32,000 nucleotides of DNA from positions 1-32,000 of the forward strand of contig JACKDV010000012.1 in the NCBI GenBank assembly GCA_020633315.1, in the 5' to 3' direction. A model generated the notes under the pieces. That model was not told the DNA's origin, did no database searches, and saw nothing but the letters and a program-made list of their open reading frames with translations. Shown here piece by piece: positions 22,906 to 31,948 of this stretch. The position numbers were made by a program, and so were the translations under genes. The first letter of the stretch is position 1, and each line of letters starts with the position of its first letter. The DNA comes from Myxococcales bacterium. Lineage in GTDB: Bacteria > Myxococcota_A > Polyangia > Nannocystales > Nannocystaceae.

Positions 22906-23502
22906 TCACATCGAGACCATCAGCTGCTCGATCGCGGCGCGATCGTCCTCGCCGATCCCCGCGGTGCGGATGCAGCGGACCCGATCGCGCTCGTCCACGA
23001 ACAGGTGCACGGGCAGCATGGGCGTGCCGGGCAGGCCCAGGCCCTGCGTCCACGGCACGAGCCCTTCGGCGTCCTGGAGCTGCAGCGTGCCCGCGACCTC
23101 GGGGTGCGCCTTCGCGAAGGTCTCCACCTCGGGCACCTCGGCATCGGCGGACAGGAACACCAGCTCGTAGGGCACCCGGGCCTGGAGCTCGTCGCGCCAC
23201 TGGGTCAGCCGCGGCAGCTCCTCGATGCAGGGCTTGCACCACGTGGCCCACACGTTGACCCAGCGCTTCTTGGCTCCGGGCGGCGGCGCGGCGCCCTCGC
23301 GCAGCGCGGGCCAGGCGAAGACGGGGGCGGCCTCGGGCTCGGGCATCACCTCGCAGAACGCGGCGAGGTCCACCTCGGCCGGGGCGGCGGCCTCCACCGC
23401 CTCGAAGCGCGAGCGAGAGGGCGCGGGCTTGGCCTCGCCGCCGTCGCAGGCGGGGGCGAGCCCCACGAGCAGGGCGAGGGCTACAGGCGACAGTCGATCC
23501 AT
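22906..23502 (-). CDS. TlpA/ResA-like thioredoxin-fold thiol-disulfide oxidoreductase, probable lipoprotein
   Basis: 'VWATWCKPCIEELP' CxxC motif. N-terminal 'ALALLVGLAPAC'. Its start overlaps the upstream OmpA-like gene's 3' end by 22 nt. Confidence 0.7.
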   Translation of the reverse strand: MDRLSPVALALLVGLAPACDGGEAKPAPSRSRFEAVEAAAPAEVDLAAFCEVMPEPEAAPVFAWPALREGAAPPPGAKKRWVNVWATWCKPCIEELPRLTQWRDELQARVPYELVFLSADAEVPEVETFAKAHPEVAGTLQLQDAEGLVPWTQGLGLPGTPMLPVHLFVDERDRVRCIRTAGIGEDDRAAIEQLMVSM

Positions 23503-24179
23503 GCCACGAATGCGCTCCGGTTGATGTGCTCGGGCTTGCAGTCGTCCTTGGCCCCGCTGCGGCGCCAGGAGCAGAAGCTCTCGTCGAGCTGGGCGTACTC
23601 CTCGCCCAGCCACAGCAGACCCACCTCCTTGTCGAGGTCGGGGTCGTCGAAGCGCTGTCGCAGGTGGGCCATCACCGCGTCGGCGCGCTCCTGCGAGAGC
23701 TCACGGTTGTGCTCGGCCGAGCCGTCGGGCGAGCTGCGGGCGACCACGAAGAACCAGCTCGCGCCGCGCTGATCGGAGAAGGTCTGGTCGAGGAGCGCCA
23801 CGTCCTGCTCGTCGAGCTCGGCCTTGTCCTTGTCGTACTGGATGATCGCCACGCGATCCGCCAGCGGCAGGAACAGGGCGTTGAAGTCCTCGCCCTCCAT
23901 GGTGGCCACGTTCTTGGCGTCGACGGGCTGGCAGCCGCGTGCCTGGCCCTCGGCCGCCAGCCCACAGCTGAGCAGCACCCGGCGCAGCACCTGCTTGAGC
24001 GCAGGCGTGCAGTACTCCTCGTTGGCCGCGGCCGCGGTGGCCACGGTGGCTTCCTCGGGCGTCTCGCCCTGCTCGATCTGGGCGAGGCGATCCTTGGCCG
24101 CGGAGACCCAGCGGGTGGTGAGGCCCAGGGGGATGGCGCCGGCCACCACCCCGAGCGCGATGCGGATTGCGATGCTCAC
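23481..24179 (-). CDS. Membrane-anchored OmpA/MotB C-terminal-like domain protein (Cys-rich)
   Basis: N-terminal TM 'IAIRIALGVVAGAIPLGL'. 'ARSSPDGSAEHNRELSQERADAVMAHL' resembles the OmpA_C peptidoglycan-binding motif. The GTG start overlaps the upstream stop (GTGA). Confidence 0.55.
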   Translation of the reverse strand: MSIAIRIALGVVAGAIPLGLTTRWVSAAKDRLAQIEQGETPEEATVATAAAANEEYCTPALKQVLRRVLLSCGLAAEGQARGCQPVDAKNVATMEGEDFNALFLPLADRVAIIQYDKDKAELDEQDVALLDQTFSDQRGASWFFVVARSSPDGSAEHNRELSQERADAVMAHLRQRFDDPDLDKEVGLLWLGEEYAQLDESFCSWRRSGAKDDCKPEHINRSAFVAWIDCRL

Positions 24180-25735
24180 TGGGCACCTCCGTCGTCGTCA
24201 TCGTCGGAGGGAGGAGGCAGCTCCTCCACCCCGGGGAGCGGCTCGGGCTCGGCCTTGCTCGGCTCGGCCTTGCTCGGCTCGGCCTTGCTCGGCTCGGCCT
24301 TGCTCGGCTCGGCCTTGCTCGGCTCGGCCTTGAGGGCGGGGGTTGGACGCTCGACCTTGGGCTTGGCGGGTGCCTTGGTCTTGCCCCTGGCCTTGGGCTC
24401 TGCCGTCGGCTTGGCTGCGGAGCCCGGCACCAGCGCGGGCGTGCCGGCGTCGGCTGGGGCCGGCGCGTCGGCCGAGAGCTGCCCCGCCGCATGGCGCTGG
24501 AGCATGTGGTGCAGGGTGAAGTCCAGGCCGAGGTCCGTGTCCTCGTCGCACAGCTTCACCCCTGCCACGTAGAGCTGCGGGGTCATCACCGGGAGCTGGT
24601 TGGCGACCATCCAGCGCATCGACTTGTTGAGCCGCGACTTGACCTCGGCCGATCCCAGGCAGCCCTCGAGCGAGGGGAAGCGGGCGGCGATCATCGTGGC
24701 GATCGGCGAGGTCTCGCCCTCCTTGGGGGGCACGGCCCCGGCCTTGGTCAGCTCCTCCTGGCGGTCGAATGCCCACTGCACGAAGGCGTCGCTGCCCACG
24801 GTGGGATCCTCGGCCGCGCACAGCAGGCCCTCGCTCACCCGGCACGCGCCGGGGTGCAGCGAGCGGGTCACCATCCAGTTGCACTCGCTGTCGAGGGGGA
24901 ACACCAGCACCTTGCGGCTGAGCTCGGCGTCGAGGCCCGCGGCGTGCATGCGCTCCTCGAAGCCGCGGCACGAGGGGCACAGCGGGTCGAGCACCTCGAT
25001 GGTGGGCACGCCCTTGCCCTGGGGTCCCAGCGGGATCATGGCCTCGTAGGGATCGTCGGGCTGGGCGAGCGCGCCGCAGGTGCCGATGAAGCGGGAGTAG
25101 TCGGGGACGAGCAGGGCGTAGACCACCACCGGCACGGTCACGAAGCCGAAGGCCTGGCCCGCGGCCGAGGCCCACGCGAGGGCGGCCCGGGGCGGGGTGG
25201 GGGCGGCCTCGGGCTCCGCGGCGGCCGAGAGCCCGGCCGCTTCCTTGCGGGCCATCAGCCAGGCGACCAGGGCCATCACCAGGGCCAGGCCGCTCGAGGC
25301 GTAGATCCCGATGCAGAGCTTGCAGGCTGCGTGCAGCTTGGTGAAGGCGAGGTAGCCCATCACGCACGAGGCGAGCACCGGCACCGCGGTGCTCGCCAGC
25401 GCGATCGCGGCCGTGGTGCGTCGCGCAGCGGGACGGGCCAGCAAGAGCTCGAGGGCCCGGAACAGCAGGAAGGCGAACACCGCCATGGCCGGCAGCGAGA
25501 TGGGGATCCCGCCCCACAGCGAGGTGCGCATCACCGAGGAGTACGGGCTGAGCAGGGTCACCTGGCAGCCGGTCGACTCCTGGTCGGCCTCCACCAACCC
25601 GGGGGCGAACGAGCAGTGCAGGTCGTGCACCTGCCGATCGAGGTGCTGCACGAAGTCCAGGGTGGATGCGCTCGCGAACACGAGCCCGACCAGGGCGGCC
25701 AGGGCCAGCCCCACTGCGAAGATCCGCGTCGCCAT
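24176..25735 (-). CDS. VKOR (vitamin K epoxide reductase)-family membrane domain fused to a DsbA/thioredoxin-like periplasmic domain
   Basis: Five predicted TM helices. Loop cysteines 'HCSFAPG...STGC'. TM4 redox motif 'CKLC'. Periplasmic 'DPLCPSCRGFE' CxxC. C-terminal (KAEPS) repeats and an acidic tail. Confidence 0.7.
   Translation of the reverse strand: MATRIFAVGLALAALVGLVFASASTLDFVQHLDRQVHDLHCSFAPGLVEADQESTGCQVTLLSPYSSVMRTSLWGGIPISLPAMAVFAFLLFRALELLLARPAARRTTAAIALASTAVPVLASCVMGYLAFTKLHAACKLCIGIYASSGLALVMALVAWLMARKEAAGLSAAAEPEAAPTPPRAALAWASAAGQAFGFVTVPVVVYALLVPDYSRFIGTCGALAQPDDPYEAMIPLGPQGKGVPTIEVLDPLCPSCRGFEERMHAAGLDAELSRKVLVFPLDSECNWMVTRSLHPGACRVSEGLLCAAEDPTVGSDAFVQWAFDRQEELTKAGAVPPKEGETSPIATMIAARFPSLEGCLGSAEVKSRLNKSMRWMVANQLPVMTPQLYVAGVKLCDEDTDLGLDFTLHHMLQRHAAGQLSADAPAPADAGTPALVPGSAAKPTAEPKARGKTKAPAKPKVERPTPALKAEPSKAEPSKAEPSKAEPSKAEPSKAEPEPLPGVEELPPPSDDDDDGGAQ
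24242..24331. repeat. Six tandem 15-bp units (ggccttgctcggctc) encoding (KAEPS)x5 plus KAEPE
   Basis: Read directly: five perfect units and one variant. Confidence 0.9.
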
Positions 25736-25841
25736 GGGCCGATTCTAGAGCGCGTCCATCGGGCCGCCAATGGTGTCGAGTCGGACCCTGGCGCTCCGAT
25801 CCGCGCTCCAACGTATCCTGCGTCACGATCGGATCGATCCA

Positions 25842-25864
25842 CCGGATCGCGGGCCTCGATCCGG
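25842..25864 (-). terminator. Stem-loop 16 nt downstream of the amidotransferase stop
   Basis: ccggatcg-cgggcct-cgatccgg (8-bp stem). No U tract. A GGATCGATCC palindrome lies adjacent at 25831-25840. Confidence 0.3.
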
Positions 25865-25879
25865 CGGGCGAGGGAAGAG

Positions 25880-26704
25880 CTAGGACGCGGCCGCCCGGGC
25901 CTGGCCACGGCGCTGCCGGCACACGTCGACGAAGGCCTCGAACACCGTGCCGCCGCAGGCCCGCCCGCCCGCGCAGGTCCGGGGGTCTCCTCCTTGGTCC
26001 GGGGCCTCGAGCCACTCGGGGTGCCACTGGATGCCGGCGATCCACTCGTCGGACATGTCCGCCAGCTCCACCGCTTCCACGATGCCGTCGGGCGCCCAGG
26101 CGGTGGCGCGCAGCGAGGGGGCGAGGCGGTGGATGCCCTGGTGGTGCACGCTGTTGACCTCGAGCTCGGTCGCGCCGTGGTAGAGCCGGCCCACCCAGCT
26201 GTCGGCCTCCACCCGCACCGGGTGTCCCAGCGCGTCGTAGCGGTGCCAGTCGCGGTGGGTGAGCGCCCCTTCGCGCTGGGTCACGATGTCCTGGTAGAGC
26301 GTGCCCCCGAGCGCCACATTGACGAGCTGGATCCCCCGGCACACGCCGAGGAGCGGCAGGCCGAGGCGGCGGGCCTGCTCGACCAGCCGCAGCTCGTACT
26401 CGTCGCGTGCGCGGTCGCCCGCCCACTCGGGGCGCAGCGGCTCCTCGCCGTAGCTGCTGGGGCTGAGGTCGGCGCCGCCGGCCAGCAGCACGCCGTCCAC
26501 CCGCGACAGCAGGGCGGCGGTGCTCGGCACGTCCTTGAGGTCGGGCAGGCCGATGGGGATCGCCCCCGCGCGCTGGACCGACAGCGTCATGCGCTCCTCG
26601 AGGAACTGCAGCGTCATCCCCTTGAAGATGGGCCGCGTGGGATCGGCGTGGATGAAGTTGATCGAGATGCCGATGCACGGCACGGAGTCGGCGGGCTGGC
26701 CCAT
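25880..26704 (-). CDS. Class I glutamine amidotransferase / gamma-glutamyl-gamma-aminobutyrate hydrolase (PuuD, peptidase C26)-like
   Basis: 'LLGVCRGIQLVN' (nucleophile Cys), 'VNSVHHQGI', 'GIQWHPEW'. The start is taken at the ATG at 26704. Confidence 0.75.
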   Translation of the reverse strand: MGQPADSVPCIGISINFIHADPTRPIFKGMTLQFLEERMTLSVQRAGAIPIGLPDLKDVPSTAALLSRVDGVLLAGGADLSPSSYGEEPLRPEWAGDRARDEYELRLVEQARRLGLPLLGVCRGIQLVNVALGGTLYQDIVTQREGALTHRDWHRYDALGHPVRVEADSWVGRLYHGATELEVNSVHHQGIHRLAPSLRATAWAPDGIVEAVELADMSDEWIAGIQWHPEWLEAPDQGGDPRTCAGGRACGGTVFEAFVDVCRQRRGQARAAAS

Positions 26705-26862
26705 CGCAGCCCCAGCCTGCCCCAACGTGAGGAGCTTGGCCACCGCGCCGTGCGAAGGCTCGCGTCGGGGCCCGTCGGGCCGCGCGTCCGAGAGCCCCGG
26801 GGGCGGCTGTAGTCGCGGCGGGGTGCTGGCCACGGTGTACCGGGCTCGGTCATCCTCGGGGG

Positions 26863-27408
26863 GTGAGCGTCCCCCGGGTCCGAGTCTTCATCGCGTGCTC
26901 CCTCGACGGCTTCATCGCCGGGCCCGACGACGATCTCTCGTGGCTGCCCACCGGCGCGGGCGAGGACGACTTCGGCTACTCCGATTTCATGGCGGGGGTG
27001 GGGGCGCTGCTGATGGGGCGGGGCACCTACGACGTGGTGGAGGCCTTCGAAGGGGGGTGGCCCTACGGGGAGCGGCCGGTGGTGGTCGCCACCCATCGCC
27101 CGCTGACGCCCAAGGTGCCCACCGTGCGGGCCGGCACGGGCACGATCGCGGAACTGGTGGCCATGGCCCGGGCCGCGGCCGGCGAGCGCGACGTGTACGT
27201 GGACGGCGGTGACCTCATCAGGCAGGCGCTCGACGCCGGGCTGGTCGACGACATGATCGTGACCATCGTTCCCGTGGTGCTCGGCGCGGGGCATCCCCTG
27301 TTCGCCGGGGTCACCCGCCGGCACGCGCTGCAGCTGGTCTCGCACCGGGCCGCACGCGAGGGCCTGGTGCAGCTCACCCTGCGGCCCCGCGAGGATCGGC
27401 CGGCCTGA
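26863..27408 (+). CDS. RibD C-terminal domain / dihydrofolate-reductase-like family protein
   Basis: 'RVFIACSLDGFIAGPDDDLSWL', 'LLMGRGTYD', and 'DVYVDGGDLIRQALDAGLVDDMIVTIVPVVLGAGHPLF' are typical of the family. GTG start. Confidence 0.75.
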   Translation: MSVPRVRVFIACSLDGFIAGPDDDLSWLPTGAGEDDFGYSDFMAGVGALLMGRGTYDVVEAFEGGWPYGERPVVVATHRPLTPKVPTVRAGTGTIAELVAMARAAAGERDVYVDGGDLIRQALDAGLVDDMIVTIVPVVLGAGHPLFAGVTRRHALQLVSHRAAREGLVQLTLRPREDRPA

Positions 27409-27430
27409 GCCGGGGCCGAGGTCCTCGCGG

Positions 27431-27688
27431 TGGCGTGGTGCCGACCGGTTCCTGGCCGCCCGGGCCTTCACCGAGGCCGGCGAGGATCCGGCCGAGGCCC
27501 GCCGCCTCGCCGAGCAGGCGCTGGCGGGATATCGCGCCTCGCAGATGCCCTCGGTCGAGGCGATCGAGGCGATCGAGCGCTGGCTCGCCGCCACCCCGGT
27601 TGATGCGCCGGGGCCGACGAATCGGCCGCCGGGGGCCGAATTCCGCCGAGATCGCCGAGCGAGGAAGGGATTGCTTGACAGGCAGTAG
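27431..27688 (+). pseudogene. Possible orphan 3' fragment of a TPR/Ser-Thr-kinase-type gene
   Basis: Frame starting at 27440 reads 'ADRFLAARAFTEAGEDPAEARRLAEQALAGYRASQMPSVEAIEAIERWLAATP...' and stops at 27686-27688. There is no start codon and no upstream body. It resembles the C-terminal helices of myxobacterial TPR-kinases from memory only. Confidence 0.3.
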
Positions 27689-27703
27689 AACGCGTTCTAC
27701 CTA
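27675..27703 (+). promoter_or_regulatory. Candidate promoter of the P450-TetR operon
   Basis: Perfect -35 TTGACA (27675-27680), a 17-nt spacer, then TACCTA (27698-27703). It sits in a locally lower-GC stretch. Confidence 0.45.
27685..27700. promoter_or_regulatory. Operator 1: perfect 16-bp palindrome GTAGAACGCGTTCTAC
   Basis: Read directly. It lies in the -35/-10 spacer. Confidence 0.8.
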
Positions 27704-27708
27704 CCCGG

Positions 27709-27724
27709 GTAGAACGCGTTCTAC
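27709..27724. promoter_or_regulatory. Operator 2: identical 16-bp palindrome (18 bp with flanking g/c), ending 4 nt before the P450 ATG
   Basis: Read directly. It is 24 bp centre-to-centre from operator 1. Confidence 0.8.
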
Positions 27725-27728
27725 CACC

Positions 27729-29132
27729 ATGGCGAGCCAGGTCCTGCCCCAGATCCCCGGTCGACCGCTGGTCGGCCACCTCTTCGACGTGATGAGTCGC
27801 GGGTTGTTCCCGCCGGTGCGCGAGCACTGGCTGGAGCTCGGCGATGCCTTCTCCATCAAGGTGGGCGGTCGCAGCGTGGCGGTCTTCGTGCACCCCGACG
27901 CGGCCGAGGCCGTGCTCGTCACCCAGCGCGAGGACTTCGTCAAGCGGGCCAGCTACGACCAGATCCGCCTGCTCGTGGGCGACGGGGTGCTCACGGTGGA
28001 GGGCGAGCAGTGGAAGCAGCAGCGCCGCACGATCCAGCCCTGCATGAACCGCTCGTTCCTCGTCGGCTTCACCGACACCATGGTGCGGGCGGTGGTCGAC
28101 ATGGTGGACGCCTGGGCCCGGCGCGGGGCGGGGCCGCTCGACGTCTACCCCGAGATGCTGCGGCTGGCCCTGCGGATCCTGGGCGAGACCCTCTTCAGCC
28201 TCGACCTCAGCGCGAGCGCGGACGTCTCCACCGAGGCGTTCACGGTGGCGCTCGAGGAGCTCTCGCGGCGGGGCAACACCCTGTTCGCGCCGCCGCTGTC
28301 GTGGCCCACCCCCGGCAACCGGCGGCTCCGCAAGGCCCTCGCCAAGCTCGACGAGATCGTCTACGGCATGATCGACGAGCGCGCCGCGGCCAAGGCCCGC
28401 GGTGAGGCGGGCCCCCCCGATCTCATCTCGCTGCTGCTCGATCACCGCGACGAGGCGGGCAAGCCCATGGATCGCCGCATCGTGCACGACGAGGTGATCA
28501 CCATGTTCCTGGCCGGGCACGAGACCACCGGCCTCGCCCTCACCTGGACCTGGTACCTGCTGTCGCTGCACCCCGAGGCCGAGGCCCGGCTCCACCGCGA
28601 GGTCGACGAGGTGCTCGGCGGGCGGCTGCCCACCGCGGCGGATCTGCCCCGGCTGCCCTACACCAAGCAGGTGCTGCAGGAGTCCATGCGCCTGATGCCC
28701 CCGGTGTGGAGCGGAGGGCGGGACGTGGCCCGGGACACCGAGCTCACCGGCTACGCTCTGCGCGAGCGCGACTTCATCATGCTCGTGCCCTACCTGACCC
28801 ACCGCCACCCCGACTTCTGGGAGCGCCCCGAGGCCTTCGTGCCCGAGCGCTTCGAGCCCGACCAGCTCCGCGGGCGCCACCGCATGGCCTACTTCCCCTT
28901 CAGCGCGGGGCCCCGCATGTGCGTGGGCAATCACTTCACGATGATCGAGGCCCAGCTCGCCATCGCGGTGATCGCCCAGCGCTTTCGCCTCGACCACCGC
29001 CCGGGGCACCCCGTGGAGCGCGAGCACCAGATCACCATGCGACCGCGCCACGGCATGCAGATGCTGCTGCACCGCCGCGACGAGGGCTCGATGATCTTCG
29101 ATCCTCGCCCGAAGGTGGCCGCTGCCTGCTAG
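27729..29132 (+). CDS. Cytochrome P450 (CYP4/CYP110-like)
   Basis: Heme-binding loop 'FPFSAGPRMCVGNHF', I-helix 'LAGHETT', 'ESMRL' (ExxR), 'PERFEP'. Confidence 0.9.
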   Translation: MASQVLPQIPGRPLVGHLFDVMSRGLFPPVREHWLELGDAFSIKVGGRSVAVFVHPDAAEAVLVTQREDFVKRASYDQIRLLVGDGVLTVEGEQWKQQRRTIQPCMNRSFLVGFTDTMVRAVVDMVDAWARRGAGPLDVYPEMLRLALRILGETLFSLDLSASADVSTEAFTVALEELSRRGNTLFAPPLSWPTPGNRRLRKALAKLDEIVYGMIDERAAAKARGEAGPPDLISLLLDHRDEAGKPMDRRIVHDEVITMFLAGHETTGLALTWTWYLLSLHPEAEARLHREVDEVLGGRLPTAADLPRLPYTKQVLQESMRLMPPVWSGGRDVARDTELTGYALRERDFIMLVPYLTHRHPDFWERPEAFVPERFEPDQLRGRHRMAYFPFSAGPRMCVGNHFTMIEAQLAIAVIAQRFRLDHRPGHPVEREHQITMRPRHGMQMLLHRRDEGSMIFDPRPKVAAAC

Positions 29133-29145
29133 GCTGCTCGCGATC

Positions 29146-29760
29146 GTGCTGCCGTCCTCCTCGCCCCCGCTCGACCTCGACGAGCCCCGCACCCGTCGCA
29201 TCGTGGACGTGGCCCTGCGGCTGGCCGAGGACGGGGGCTTCGCCGCGGTCCGCCTGCGCGACGTGGCCCAGGAGGCCGGCGTGGCGCTGCGCACCCTCTA
29301 CAAGCGCTTCCCCGGCAAGGACGAGCTGGTGTTCGCCGTGCTCGTGCGCGAGCTGGTGCGCCTCGAGCTGCTGTTCCAGCGCCGGCCCCCCGCGGGGCGT
29401 TCCGCGGTGGCCCGGGTGCGCGCGTCCTTCGAGCTGATCACCGAGTTCCTGTGCGGCCGCGCCAACCTCGGCCGCGCCATCGTGCGGGCGGTGGCCGGCA
29501 ACGCCAGCGACCTCTCGCGGCAGGTGGCCACCTTCCACGATCGCCTCGCCACCCTCATCGTCGGCGCCATCGTGGGCCGCTCGGCGCCGATCCCCACCGC
29601 GCCCGACCACCCGCACCACCGCCTCGCCGCGGTGCTCCAGCACGTGTGGTTCTCCATGCTGGTGGGCTGGTCCAACGGGCTGCACTCGCCCGCCGAGATC
29701 GTCGACGCGGTGGTGGACGCGGCGGCGCTGGTGCTCGACCCGCCGCCGCGCTCCGCCTAG
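29146..29760 (+). CDS. TetR/AcrR-family transcriptional regulator
   Basis: N-terminal HTH 'IVDVALRLAEDGGFAAVRLRDVAQEAGVALRTLYKRFPGKDEL'. GTG start 13 nt after the P450 stop. Confidence 0.8.
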   Translation: MLPSSSPPLDLDEPRTRRIVDVALRLAEDGGFAAVRLRDVAQEAGVALRTLYKRFPGKDELVFAVLVRELVRLELLFQRRPPAGRSAVARVRASFELITEFLCGRANLGRAIVRAVAGNASDLSRQVATFHDRLATLIVGAIVGRSAPIPTAPDHPHHRLAAVLQHVWFSMLVGWSNGLHSPAEIVDAVVDAAALVLDPPPRSA

Positions 29761-29764
29761 CCCG

Positions 29765-31186
<1,422 letters not shown>

Positions 31187-31561
31187 GGTGGGCCGGACGG
31201 TAGCAAGGCGCCCCGGGGTCGTCGACCCGACGGGATCGAGCTCGGCGGCTGGTGGATCGACGAAGGCGATTTGGCGTTTGACAAGCCGCGGCTGCGTCGT
31301 ACGCTGCGGCACCAAGAGGGACTGACGATGGCTCCTGCCCTGCACCACGCTTCCGACCGCCGTGCCCCCTATGCTGCCGCGTATACGGGCTCGTCGTCGT
31401 CTGCGTACGTGCTCGGCAGCCGAGAGTCGTCATCTCGATAGCCGACCGCACGCGCGGGGCATGAGTCGACCGGGTCGCTGCCATGGGTGGCGGGTCGGGT
31501 GGGCTCGTCGCGCCCCGTGGTCGACCCATGGGGTCGGTCGGGTGGCGAAGCCCAGCATCGA

Positions 31562-31644
31562 GGAGGGATGGCCGAGCGGTAGGGCACCGGCTTGCTACGC
31601 CGTGGTCTGGTACGCCCGCGCGGGTTCGACTCCCGCTCCCTCCG
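31562..31644 (+). tRNA. Class II tRNA, probably tRNA-Ser(GCU)
   Basis: Acceptor GGAGGGA/TCCCTCC, 'TG', D arm gcc-gagcggtag-ggc, anticodon arm (c)cggc-TTGCTAC-gccg(t), T arm gcggg-ttcgact-cccgc, discriminator G. I could not fold a convincing stem in the 16-nt variable region. Confidence 0.6.
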
Positions 31645-31830
31645 CCCTGTGCTCGCCGTCCTCGCCGCGGCTGGAGTCATCGGCCACAGGGAGCCGCCCC
31701 GTGGGCTCGCCCGGGCTCGATTCCCGCCGCGCTGGAGCGAGCGTCGATGGGCGCTCGAGTGATGCGGACATCGTTGGGAAGGTTGGCCGAGTGGAAAGGC
31801 ACTCCGCTACGACTTCGCACATCCCCATGA

Positions 31831-31913
31831 GGAAGGGAGGCCATTGGGTCTGGCATTCGGCTCGGAAAGCCGTCGGGGCCCTGCTCCAGGGGGTTCGATT
31901 CCCTCCCCTTCCG
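31831..31913 (+). tRNA. Atypical class II tRNA-like gene (tRNA-Ser(GGA)-like, possibly a pseudogene)
   Basis: Perfect acceptor GGAAGGG/CCCTTCC, D arm gcc(a)-ttgggtc-(t)ggc, T arm ggggg-ttcgatt-ccctc, discriminator G. Deviations: A8 instead of U8, one extra nt before the anticodon stem, and loop TCGGAAA with C at position 33. Confidence 0.4.
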
Positions 31914-31948
31914 CCCTTCGCTCACTTCGTTCCCCCCTTCCGCCACAT

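Noticed and set aside
24167-26812. Very long ORFs in alternative frames or on the opposite strand. Examples: 24167-26812 (+) 881 aa, 24198-26678 (-) 826 aa, 18517-20829 (-) 770 aa, 8025-9959 (-) 644 aa, 11025-13046 (-) 673 aa, 16420-18282 (-) 620 aa, 6272-8437 (-) 721 aa.
   Set aside because: Their translations are Arg/Pro/Gly/Ala-rich low-complexity strings with no family motifs. They overlap frames that carry clear conserved motifs (VKOR/DsbA, kinase, cysK, rhlE, SNF2). Stop-poor off-frames are expected at this GC content.
31278-31305. Plus-strand promoter-like TTGACA-N16-TACGCT upstream of the tRNA cluster / divergent from fumC.
   Set aside because: It is about 260 nt from the first tRNA and has a poor -10. 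It is a single hexamer match in an intergenic region and not convincing enough to annotate.
31831-31913. tRNA-Sec (selC) interpretation of the GGAAG...CTTCCG tRNA-like element.
   Set aside because: There is no UCA anticodon anywhere in a loop context. The eighth acceptor pair would be an A-C mismatch, and the D arm is not the 6-bp/4-nt type expected for bacterial tRNA-Sec.
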